This document shows positions 13,509-25,000 of a stretch of DNA of 64,000 nucleotides, piece by piece (the stretch's first letter is position 1; each line of letters begins with the position of its first letter). The position numbers were made by a program, and so were the translations under genes. Source of the stretch: the human T2T-CHM13v2.0 reference genome, Homo sapiens; assembly GCF_009914755.1 (NCBI RefSeq), contig NC_060935.1; one strand, 5' to 3'. The notes under the pieces were generated by a model. The model was given only the letters and a program-made list of their open reading frames with translations, had not been told where the DNA came from and did no database searches.

Positions 13509-15569
13509 ATATTTAAGATTAAAAAGGATGTATACACTTCTTCCCACACTGAGTAATTGGATAATCACTCTGTGATTTTTCCACGACATGCATTGATAAA
13601 TTTGCATGCGTTTTCTCCTAAACAAAAAGAAAGAAAAGAAAAATGATTGAAAAGTCAAGAGGAAGGAGTGGTTAGCAGAACAAATGAAATTTACGGTTGT
13701 ACATATAAGAGGTCTTAACAAAAGAAGCAGATTATGACCTTTGGCAGAGGAATTTATCTCGATGGCACAGCAGAGATGGTAATTAATAAACTAGCTTTTT
13801 TTTTAGGCCTCCTTCAGATTATGTGATGGATCACTGGACCACTTTATTGGCCAAATCCAAGAGGAATCCAGAGAATAATTATTGCAATTTGTAGTGGCAG
13901 GGCCACTGTTAGGTCATGTAAGGTGCCGGGAAAATATAATTCCTGGGTTACCTGTTATAATAAATAATTTGTTTATAAGATATGTTTATTCATGGGTCAG
14001 GTGAGTTATAGTAATTTTTCAATGAAGATTTAACTCATAGAACACATACATATTTTGATTACTAAATCTGCACATGTGAAGATTCTTCATGTTGTCCAGG
14101 TACCATTTTTTCTAGTTGATGTCCTGAAAATATCTTTTTGTATTCTTAATTTTCAAATGTATTATTTCTTGCTAATTTTATATATCCTCCCACAAGAAAA
14201 ACTTAACAATGCTGTTATTACCCAGAGTGACATGACTATTTAGAAGCTGTTTTCCATTTAAAATGTGTAGATCCTGACGTTTAAGTAACTTAATACCATT
14301 TATTAATGTGGCTTATATCATTACTTCTGAAGCTATATCATCCACCTTACTTCCTAGGAATACTTCCTGCCAGTGTTTTTCACAAATGTTATTATTGTGT
14401 TTTGTTGAAAACAATAACAAACACGAGTTTACCTGGATTGTGCAACAAAATGTGAAAAATAATTTATTTTCTGATCATGCTAAATCCACGATTTGGCATT
14501 TTATATCATAAACATAGAACAAAACAACATCCAATTATGTTTCCTTTTGAAACCTTCAGAACTACTACATTTTCAGAATGCCATCTTTATTCAGTATTAA
14601 TTACACCCCTAAAATCAACGGGATAGAAAAGTGAGTGCCAATGTATGCAACAGGAAATTTGCACAGGAAATGTCCATCTCTTCCCTAGCATGGCTTAAAA
14701 CCATGGATGTTACCAAATCAGTTGGAAATAAGAGAGGACGCCCATAAGAAGGGACTGTTAATGTTGCAGGAATATGACCTTGAAAGCCCTGAAAGGAAAG
14801 AGATGTGCCACTCCTAGAGTATTGGTTGCTACCTGGCATGGGACCTGAAAAAGGGGTGAGATGACTGCTCTGAGACCCAGTATGAATGATTGCATGTGCA
14901 CAGCGCAGAAAACGGTCACTGGGATTCCTACCACCCTTGGGTACTGTAGATCAGAGGCAGCACTCTGTTCAGAACTCAGATAAGCAAGAACCAACACATA
15001 GGCCCTCATAATGTAGCTGAAGCCCATGGGTCAGAAGTGGACTATTTATGTCCCAGAAACTTTATGGAATACTGTGGCTGATACTATGAGGGAACATTGC
15101 CCCAAGTCAAGGAGTCAGCACAACTCTGGCAGCCCAATATCATGTGATTCCAGACAATGCTGCACCCACCAATAGGAGGAATCTTCTCACCAGGAAGCAT
15201 CCGTGGAACCAGGACTCAGTCATAGAGACCAGAGACAACCACATAGGTGCGAGTCCTGAAATTCCATATATATGCACTTTAGTCCTGGTCTGGAGTTTAA
15301 GACAGAATGTCTGGAGAACAATACTGGTCCCAGCCATTCCTGGCACATTTTTTTTTTTGGTATCCCAGCATATAGTTATCAATAAATAAATAATAGGAGG
15401 GTTATTATCTATAAATAATAGAGGTGGGACAGAGGGGACTTAGAATATTCTGGGGAAAATATTTCAAAGCTCAGAGCCCCTGAGTCATTTTTTCAAAGCA
15501 GGGGCCAACTTGCCCTGATGATTAGGCATGAAGTTCAGCTTTCTGTGGATATGCAATAAGAAACCATTA

Positions 15570-15648
15570 CGTACATTTACCTATGTAACAAACCTGCACA
15601 TCCTGCAAATGTACCCCAGAACTTAAAAATAAAAATTAAAAAAAGAAT
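15570..15648 (+). mobile_element. Very short 5'-truncated primate L1 (3' terminus only)
   Basis: 'tttacctatgtaacaaacctgcacatcctgca.atgtaccccagaacttaaaaataaaa'. Confidence 0.88.
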
Positions 15649-16284
15649 ATTCCTAAGATTATAGCCATTCTCCCTCCAAAGATCTCTATTTATAGTCTAG
15701 ATGTAACATATCTCCAAAGTGAAACACACAATTCCATTATTGTGTTTTCACAAGTAATGTCAATTAAGTTGGATCCACACCTGGGGAAACCTCAGTATCC
15801 ACACATATATTCTTCATAGTAGATAAAGGGGTGGTAATAAATAATCAGTTATTAAAACAACATCTATATTAGTTGTCATTTCTGTATCCCATCATACATT
15901 TTAAATAAATAAGATAGTTTCTTCTTTGCACGATTCATCCGTTCCATGTTACCTTGACCCAACTTCAATCACTTTGAATAGATATAATATTTATTTGGAA
16001 GTATAACACAGATTTTTGTATTTTGTGGTCATCTTCATTTGGTCACCATACTTTTCAATTGGCTAGTAAATTTAGACATGAAATTACAAAAGAGCACCTC
16101 AGTAAATACACTTGCTTCTGGGTATTGCTTACCCTGCCCCTATTGTCTGGCAGCAACCCAATTTTTTGCACATGATTAAAGCAATAACTCAGTCACTACA
16201 GTTTCTCTCTTCTCTTTCTCTTTTCATAGCCTCCTGAGGAGCCCCATATGACCATGACAATGATCCCTGGTCAAAGCATTAGCA

Positions 16285-16960
16285 GGGAACATTAACCTTG
16301 TGAATTGTGGGATGGGAAGATAAAATGGTGCAGCTGCTGTGGAAAAACAATGTGCTGGTTCCCCAAAAAATTACACACAGCATTACCTAGGATTCCCCAA
16401 TTTTGCCTCTGGCTGTATATCCATAAGAATTGAAATTAGGGATTCAAACATATATTTGGACATTCGTGTTCACAGCAGTGCTAACCACCACAGCCAAAAG
16501 GTGGAAGCAAACGAAGTGCCCATTTGCAGATGAATGGATAAACAAAATATAATATATACATGTAATGGAATGTTATTTAGCCTTAGAAAATAATGAAATT
16601 ATGATACATGCTACAACCTGGCTAAACCTTGAAGACATTATGCTAGGTGAAATAAGCCAAACGCAAAAGGACAGATACTGTATGATTTCACTTATATGGG
16701 ATATCTAGAGAGGTCAAACCCATAGAAGCAGAGAATAAAATGGTGGTTGCCAGGAGCTGGGGGGAAGGGAGAATGAGGAGTTAATGTTTAATAAGTACAG
16801 AGTTTCAGTTTGAGAAAATTAAAAAAAAAGGAGATAGATGGCAGTGATGGTTGCACAAAAATGTGAATATATTTAATGCCACTCAATTGTATGTTTTAAA
16901 TTGTTAAATTAGTGAATTTTATGTTATGCATATGTTACCACCACCACCACAACAATAAAA
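16285..16960 (+). mobile_element. L1MB-type 3' end (L1MB3-like)
   Basis: 'aaatggtgcagctgctgtggaaaa', 'gaagacattatgctaggtgaaataagcc', 'gtgatggttgcacaa..atgtgaat', ending in an A-rich tail. Confidence 0.88.
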
Positions 16961-17587
16961 AACTTTTCTACATTGAGGGCCAAGAATTCAAAATTTACTA
17001 AAACAAATATTATAGGAATAACATGCAAAGCTTTCTTAAGTGAGTTATTAAGTAGAATTATAATCTGGTCACTTTTCCTGGGCCAGCTGACACTGTAGAG
17101 AATGGAAGAAGGCCAGTTTTCTATTGTACAAATCAGTCATTAGATTTTCACTCAATTCTTTAAATTCCTGGACACATGCATTTTAACTGCAGTGGTGACT
17201 TCATCATGTTTATATGTTTGAGTCCTATACTAAATCCCATTGAAAAGCATAGCATTCTTCTGGGGCAACTTCTCCTAGATTATACTACAGCTCAGTTTTT
17301 AGCAGTCTAATTTTTTTTTCTATTCAAGCCTATTCCTCTGGTTGTTGGGGTAAGAGTGGAATATTAATGCAACTTCAAACGCTAAAGACAACACATTAAA
17401 TCCCAGGTGAGTGCATCATGGTATCAAATATAGATTCCCTAGGTAAGATCCTCAACCATTAAAACTCCTAAGGGGCTTTCTACTTTTTCTCTTCACCGTA
17501 AGTTTGAGCAATTAAGCTTTTACTCTGTCCTTTACTCTATGTACACTCTCTACTGTTGCCAGAAGTAGCAACTTATGCCATAATTGC

Positions 17588-17876
17588 TTTTTTTTTTTTT
17601 TTTTTTTGAGATGGAGTCTCGCTCTGTCACCCAGACTGCAGTGCAGTGGCACAGTCTCGGCTCACTGCAAGCTCCGCCTCCCGGGTTCACGCCATTCTCC
17701 TGCCTCAGCCTCCTGAGTAGCTGGGACTACAGGTGCCCGCCACCACGCCCGGCTAATTTTTTGTATTTTTAGTAGAGACGGGGTTTCACCATGGTCTCGA
17801 TCTCCTGACCTCGTGATCTGCCCGCCTCGGCCTCCCAAAGTGCTGGGATTACAGGCTTGAGCCACCGCACCCGGCC
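17588..17876 (-). mobile_element. AluY with 12-bp left-monomer deletion (Yd lineage)
   Basis: 'gggtttcacc|atggtctcgatc' lacks gtgttagccagg; 14-bp TSD cataattgcttttt at 17579-17592 and 17877-17890. Confidence 0.9.
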
Positions 17877-18147
17877 CATAATTGCTTTTTAATAATTATT
17901 GTCTCTGTAATGACACAATGCCACAGACACTTCACCTCTCAGGAATTTTTCCCATACTTCTACTACTTTCCATATGCCACCCTCAGTGATAATCTCATAA
18001 TCATGATACCACCCCATGCCAAAGAATATCAGTGCTCTATTTCTCCTGATGAGAGGATATGGATCGATTTGTCAAATACATGAACAACCCCGTATCAGAT
18101 ATCCATATTGAAAATCTCTTCCTCAAGTCACTAACGGTGTTAATTAA

Positions 18148-18630
18148 TGTGTAAGATGGAATCCCAGAAAAGAAACAGATGTATGCTCAAAAGAAGTGAT
18201 TATATAGAGTGTAATGAAAAGCCTATGAGCACAAGCATAGTCAAAGTTAAAGATAATTAACAAGATATGTGAAATGCTCTTGGGTTACGAGTAGTAGGAA
18301 GTAGCTATCATTCTTAGGCCTGAAGGAATCAGGAGGAGCCGTTACCAGAGCCTTCCAGAAATTTCTAGCTGTAGATGGGGACTCTCTGAGAGGATCTGTG
18401 GCCTTCAGTAGAGGAACCCATCCTCTACCAACCCAAAACCCCGAGTGGAAGGAACCAGGGAAATAAATATCTGTATCTCTCTTTCCCTGCATGTTCAAGG
18501 CTCCTGCAGGTGCTTCAAATTCAGAGTGTGAGGGAACCATACATATTACACTCCTGGCACACAGTGGGGAAGGTAGAGAAGAAAAAACACTGTTGGCTCT
18601 TTCAGAGCCAACAGAATACACTCAGCACAG
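18148..18630 (-). mobile_element. ERVL LTR, LTR33-like
   Basis: 'taggcctgaagg', 'gagccgttaccaga', 'tgtggccttcagtagagg', 'ccagggaaataaata' match the recalled LTR33 consensus. Confidence 0.75.
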
Positions 18631-19341
18631 CTGTCTTTCCTTTTCTTGAATTGTTTATCTGGCAGTAGCCATCAAATAATTTTTTATCCTGTAAATTCTC
18701 TGTGCTTAAGCTTAGACATATATAACAAGGCTAAAGTAATCCCCATTTGTTTTCAAACTTTAAACTTAAAATTTCACTACCTCAGTGGGACACTGCCCAG
18801 CTGAATCACAATTGCACATACATATTTTATGAGTTGTTCTGCAGGATGATAGCAGGCATGAGAGTCATTTGTCAGTGACGGTGGATTTTTATTTTTCCTT
18901 CAAAACAATCAGTCAATATGGGTGCTAAATTACATCAATTCACTGAAATTGCCATAGCTTAAATAACTGCTGTACAGGCAGCAATTTGAAGTGAACTATT
19001 AGATACAAAGCTCTATAGATTTCCTTATTATGCCAGTCTCTTTTTATCGCTATCTGTGTTATAATAGAATAACAATAAAAAAGAAAGGCTTTGTGGAATA
19101 ATGCACCTTAGCAGATACATTTTTATCCATTACATACCATGATCATCTTGTTGGAAAGACAATCTTTAAAAAGTTTCTATAATCTAGTCAGGGGTATATA
19201 AATCAACCCATAGACACATTTTTTGAAATACGTACTGCTCTATCATTATTTTAGGCTTTCATGAATGACAAGAGCTCTATAGCATACATCTTTTTGAAAG
19301 ATAATTGACTGATTTTTATAATATTAAAACTATTTGTATCA

Positions 19342-19880
19342 TGTAAGTCGGGGTTCTTGCTTGTAAACAAGAAAATTATTTGCAACTAGTTTAAGACAGG
19401 AATTTGTTTTAAAATATTAGGTAGCTCACAAGCTCTCTCAATGAAAGGCAAAAAGATTGGGACTTTGAGACTCTGTAGTCCAAAAAAAAAAATTTAAAAA
19501 GTCTAGTTACAACCCAGTGGTCTTTCTGCAAAGACCCCACATACCCAGTGTGTGGACACATTAGCTCACACTGTTGACAAGGGGCACTGGACACTAAAAT
19601 CTCTGCTGTTCTACTCCCAAAACTGGCTGTCCTTGATACTGTCCTCACTGAAAAAATACATTTCTTGAGACATCTGCTTTCTCACATTGTTTCCTCACAT
19701 AAAAGCCTCACACTGGTACCTCTTATTGATAGAACTGGGTCACACGCTTCCACTCCACCTTCAAGGAAACTGAGAATATGCGTTTCTGATTTTCAACTCA
19801 GAGAATAAGACTCAAATTACAGCACATTGACCAAACATAGGAATGTTGCCACAAGAAGGAATCTTTACCAGAGATTGGAG
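19342..19880 (-). mobile_element. Old MaLR LTR (MLT1K-N-like)
   Basis: 'tgtaagtcggggttcttgcttgtaaacaa...aggtagctcaca' and 'gggtcacac...caaggaaactgagaa'. Confidence 0.55.
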
Positions 19881-20499
19881 TATAAAAAAATTATCAATAT
19901 CCTACTTTAACAAATGAACTATTTTTATGGAGATGGAGAAAAAGAAAGTAGTACTATGACCACGTAGTTGTAAAGGAAAATGAAATACATTTGATAAGAA
20001 ATTTTTCTAACCATATGGTGTCCTTCAGGGGTTGTTACTAGTGATTCATATCCAAAAGTCATGCTGTGACATTAGCTTCCCCTTTGTTTTAGCTGTTCTA
20101 CAGGGGAAAAGGACAATTAAAAAATGTATAAGTGTTATAAAACTTTTACACTTGATTTGAAAATAAAGCCACTCAAAAATAATATAGGCACTAAAAATGC
20201 AAGTTTCACTTTAAAGTCAAAGGAGCAATATTTAATATGTTCATGGAGATTTAGGAGACCAAAGAAGCTAACTAATTTTTTTCTCATGTTCTGTAACAAG
20301 CAGTTTAAGACCAAAATGTAATTACCTATATTGTTTACCTAAATCCTACTGTGGCAGAACCCATATGTTGGAGCACTCAGAAACAGTCAGAAAGACTAGA
20401 TGTCAACTACCCCATAATAATATTTAATATTTATAGAAACTAAAGTTAAATTAACAGTTATTTTCAATAATAAATATTTGGAAGCAAGATATTAAATAG

Positions 20500-20935
20500 T
20501 AATTTTCAAAATTGTGTACTAAAGCAGTGATTCTAAAATTTAACCTACGTAAATCTTGCCAATTTGCAGATTCAGATTCACTAGATCTGGGTGGCACCTG
20601 CAAGTCTGCATTTATCAAAAGTTCCCAACTTGTGCTTATGCTCCTGGGCCATGAACCACCCTTGGATCTACAGATTTATTAAAAACATTATTACTGTGTT
20701 ATATTAATAGATGTTCTCTTAGAAGAGGTTCAATGGTCAAATTAGTTTGAAAAATCCTGTTTTAAACACTGATAAAAAGGCTTATTTACGACAGAATATC
20801 TTAGAGCCTTAAATAAGCAAAAGAGAATAGAGCATGTAATATTAACAATTTCACACTTAAAAATGAAGCCTTCTGTTCACTGATTATCCTGAAGAATTTA
20901 TGTGCCATAAAACACATTTTTAAAAATGTTGTACT
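20500..20935. mobile_element. hAT-Charlie MITEs: MER5A (about 20525-20670) nested in or next to a MER112-like fragment
   Basis: 'cagtgattctaaa...gattcactagatctgggtggcacctg..agtctgcattt'; downstream 'tggtcaaattagtttg...tagagcctt'. Confidence 0.6.
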
Positions 20936-21449
20936 AAAGTTTTAAGAACGTGATAGGCTAACTTAAATGTTTTCTATTATGTTATTCATTAAATAGGATG
21001 TACATATTATCTTTAGAAAATGTATAAATTATGTTTGTAAAACGTGCATAATATGTAACTGATGTATATTGGGGCATATGTTTTCCCAGAATTAAAAAAA
21101 GTACAAACATAAGCCAATACTTCAATATTTAGTGGGAAAACTTCAAGTGAAAAACAATACCTAAAAGACAATATATATCCAACATAAGGCTCACTTGCAA
21201 GCTTAACCTTTAGAAAGAAAACATCCTATAATAAAATAATTATTAGGCAGACTCTCTGTGCTTATTCACAAATATTTGGAACACTTACTGTGGGATAGGT
21301 ACTCTGATAGGTATGTAGTAAATTGTAGTGAAAGAATAAATTGTGTGTACAGATAATTAATGGACTTTAGCATAAATTATGGAATTCATTCAGTAATGGA
21401 AAAATATATCTTTATAAAATTATCTCTATAAAAATTGCACTGAGTTATT

Positions 21450-21875
21450 GAAGAAAGTGACACACTATTTTTTAAATTTGTATGAGGAAGCAAAAGATAT
21501 ATAACTGACTGTCAAAATAACCTTGAAAAATAAAAACGAATTTGGAGAAATTATGTCACCAGATTTTTAAACTTTCTGTAGTCAAGACAGTGTGAGGCAG
21601 AGTAAGGATAGACATGTACACCAAGTGCACAGAAAAGAGAGTGTAAAATTGACAGACATACCTGGTCAAGTATTTTTCAACAGAATTATCAAGACAATTC
21701 ATTGGAGAAAATGACTTTTCTTTTTAACTACAGGTTTGTGTGATTAATAATGAATTTGAACCTCTGTATTTCCTCATAAACAGAAATTAATTTGTTACAG
21801 GTCATACATTTAGACATAAGGGACAATACTTTAAAACTCATAGTATACAGTGGAGAATATCTTTACAACTCTGGT
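21450..21875 (+). mobile_element. Ancient L1 ORF2 fragment
   Basis: 'gtcaagacagtgtg...aaggatagacat...aagacaattcattggagaaa'. Confidence 0.65.
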
Positions 21876-22040
21876 ATTTATCTACCACTGAATAACAAAT
21901 CATCCTAAAACTTTTTGCCTTAAACAGCAATAAATCACTTATTATCTTTCACTGATTATGTGAGTCAGATATTCAAGAGTAGCTGGTCTCAGGTCTCTCA
22001 AGAGACTCCTTCAAATGGTTGCTGGAGCTGTACACATTTA
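21876..22040 (-). mobile_element. MLT1 LTR fragment
   Basis: 'taacaaatcatcctaaaact...gccttaaacagcaataa...gggtctctca'-type MLT1 end motifs. Confidence 0.55.
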
Positions 22041-23944
22041 GGATATATAATTATTCTCTTCAGTCAATATGATGTGTTCGTTATGTTTGTTTTATTTTAG
22101 TTATCAAATAAGGAAAAATGTTAATAGATTCACTTATGGATGTTTCCCATAATCCATTTCCCCAATAAGGTTTCAATTTTCTTACTTATCAATTGACTAC
22201 CTTGAGGTTTGTGTTTTAAGACAGTGTTGTAAAATCAGAAGTTGTATAAAGGTTTCACATAGTATTAACAATTTATTATTAATATTATCCACCATCTTTT
22301 TCCCCCATGTAATCATACTGTGTATATAACATCCATTTTGCATGGAGGTTCAATGTGTTTTTTCAAGGGTTAGATAGACTGTATATTATAATTAAATGTA
22401 CTGTAGTATTGGTATATATCTTCCCAAAAGATAGTAAGGTATGAGGTGAAATAAATTTTCTCATGGTTCTTTTAATCCTCAATACATAGTTTACAGAAGT
22501 ACTCCATATTTGAGAAATAAATGAATGATGAAATAAATTCTGGAATGCAGGCCACAGTTACAACCCAGAGCACTGACTTTAATGCTTCTGTGTTGGACAC
22601 CATTGGAAGCTGGAATGGAGATGGAGAGAGGTAGCCTTGCCTTGAAAGGCTTTAGCATCATCATGTTAGAAACTGTCTCTTCCACGGCATATGAAGTGTA
22701 CTCTCAACACAATTTTTTCCTCCAAAATGAAAATAGTTATTTGCATGAAAAAAATGCTAGTGGTAAAACTTTTTTTCAAAACAGAAACCTTGTACTATAT
22801 GACAAATGTCCACTAAATGGCAGCTATTCCCATGATGGCATGCAGAACCATGTATTGTTCAATTATAAAATTATTAAATTCAGCATTGTAAGAATTAGAA
22901 AAGGGTCAAAACTGGCAGTATACTTACTATTTAAGGATTAGGAACAAACACATGAAGACAGACATGAGCAAGTGAATGCTTAAGAGATGAGGGAGACAAC
23001 AGGGGAAAGTGTCACTAGATAAGGTTATTTAACCTGGGTTTCAAATTGCCTTCAAACTTTCCCATCCTTTTCTCTTAACTTATTTTAGTAGAATGTTAGA
23101 AGCATTTCATCATAACATAGCTGTTAGTTCTAACCAAATTCAATAATGGTTTCAACAAACAGATAAAATCATTTAACTAGTAGTTACGACTAACAGGAAT
23201 TAATTTTACCTCTCTTCACTTCCAATGCGATCCAGGTTGCTCTGCCACAAATGAAATATGGCAGTCCTTATATTTTCTTAGAAATTAATGTGTTTCAAAT
23301 CAGTACTGTCTTGGCCTAATATACCCCATTAAACCATTTTTTATACATATGGCATCAGCATATACAAATAGTTTAAACTTACCCAGATTGCACATGGCAG
23401 TAAAGGAAAGGATGTCATAGCTGTGATCTCGTAGAAATGTGTAATTTCATAGATATCATAATATAAATGATAATAACTTATTTGTTATATATTCCCTAAT
23501 GTAAACTTTCAGCCTCTGAATATAGATATTTGATCAAGCCTTTTATCAAGTGCTTTTTATAATATGTTAAGAATTTTGTATCTGAAGAAAGAAACTGCTA
23601 ATGAAGTAATAGAATTTAACCTTAAGAAACATACATTCCCATTGAAGAGTAAAACTGTCTGTAAAAGAATTAGAGGGTAAAACTGAAAAATAACATGGCA
23701 GGAAGCTTAAGACACAAGGGCAATCAAGTATGTTGAAGTGGACTTGAGAAGAAAGTAATGATATGGAGGAAATTAAAATCTCCCGAAATATGGCAAATTT
23801 TCACTAGATCTAGAAGGGCATGTTTAAGTTACAAACATACAGGGAAGACAAATAATGGACATTGGAGGCTGATGTGCTTATGAGTTATGAAATACAGATA
23901 GATATGAGCAAGTTGTTGAGAAGAGAAGCACTATGTACGAAGCA

Positions 23945-24130
23945 TGGCTGTTAATATACATTGATCACCTGCTATGTGCAAAGTGCTAGCTAGGTGTTTT
24001 ACTTTAATTATCTCAAGCTTCTCAGTTGTTAATAACATGTTAAAGGTTAGGACACAAAGACTGGAGAAATGAATTAACTTTGACATGGTCAAATAGCTGG
24101 GAAATTTAAGGCCCAGGTTCCAGACCATGA
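23945..24130 (-). mobile_element. MIR
   Basis: 'cattgatcacctgctatgtgcaaagtgct...aattaactttgacatggtcaaatagctgg'. Confidence 0.65.
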
Positions 24131-24499
24131 CTATATAACTACAGTACGATTAACAGTTTATACTGTAAATCATAATATATTCTATAGTTTTGTTTTGCTC
24201 ACAAACAGATGAGCTTCATGTTAGAAGTTTTCCCTCCTGTAAAAACTCTTGATACTTACTTTATTTAATCTTAATCAAAACTCATGGAATTAAGGTACAT
24301 TTTTTGCACTGTAACAATTAGAGAACATATTATGCTTGATGTCTTCAATTATTGTGTACTTATCTCTGAGTAACCTACAATTCCCATCACAAGGTCTTGC
24401 ATATAAGTATGGCACCAATGACAAATTGATAGTATCCAACATAGAGGAAGTAAAGCAGATTCAATAATAGATTCCTGATATATTAATGATATAAAAGCA

Positions 24500-25000
24500 A
24501 TAGTATTATATTTTTGAAGAATGTGGGCATAGGTTGTGGGTTATAAAAATGAGAGCTTTTGTCTAGAATACTCAGAAAGATCATGTTGACATTACTGATA
24601 AGAGGAAGACTGCTGTGGGTGGCCTAGGCCTAGGAGACAGCTCACACTTTCATTTTAAACCTGTTAAGTTTGGAGAACACTAATTCAATGAGTAAAGAGA
24701 AAGAAGGACCAAGTACTGAGAGTACTGAATACTGCTCATTCCAAAGCTAAAAAGATTGAGAAGCAATGGAACCTGACAAAAAGTGGCCAGTGATGAAAAG
24801 GAAAAAATAGATCTCCAAAAAATAAATAAAAAGCACAACTATAATACCCAAAAGTATGAAAGTGAGGTGTCTTAGAAGGCCAATAAAAATTTCTAGTAAA
24901 GATAATGATCAACCATCAGAAATTTTACTGATAATATGAGGAAGAAGATTTCAGAATCAAGAATTGGCCAATTGATATAGCAATATGAAACTAATTGCAT
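24500..25000 (-). mobile_element. L2 fragment
   Basis: 'cattactgataagaggaagactg', 'cattttaaacctgttaagttt', 'gaattggccaattgatatagcaata'. Confidence 0.5.

Larger units (their letters stand above)
14620..18140 (-). mobile_element. Degenerate ERVL-class internal region (interrupted by L1 and Alu insertions)
   Basis: Abuts LTR33-like LTR; the sequence next to it ('aaaatctcttcctcaagtcact') resembles the reverse of an ERVL leader; no ORF remains. Confidence 0.45.

Noticed and set aside
18840-19060. Repeat-free segments that look like conserved non-coding elements (also about 8250-8450, 30150-30450, 34700-35000)
   Set aside because: Conservation cannot be judged from one sequence, and there is no specific supporting motif structure.
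22582-22941. 119-aa ORF; also the 124-aa ORF at 18247-18621, the 108-aa ORF at 32116-32442 and the 100-aa ORF at 36556-36858
   Set aside because: No recognisable domain; composition reflects AT-rich non-coding DNA or LTR33 sequence.
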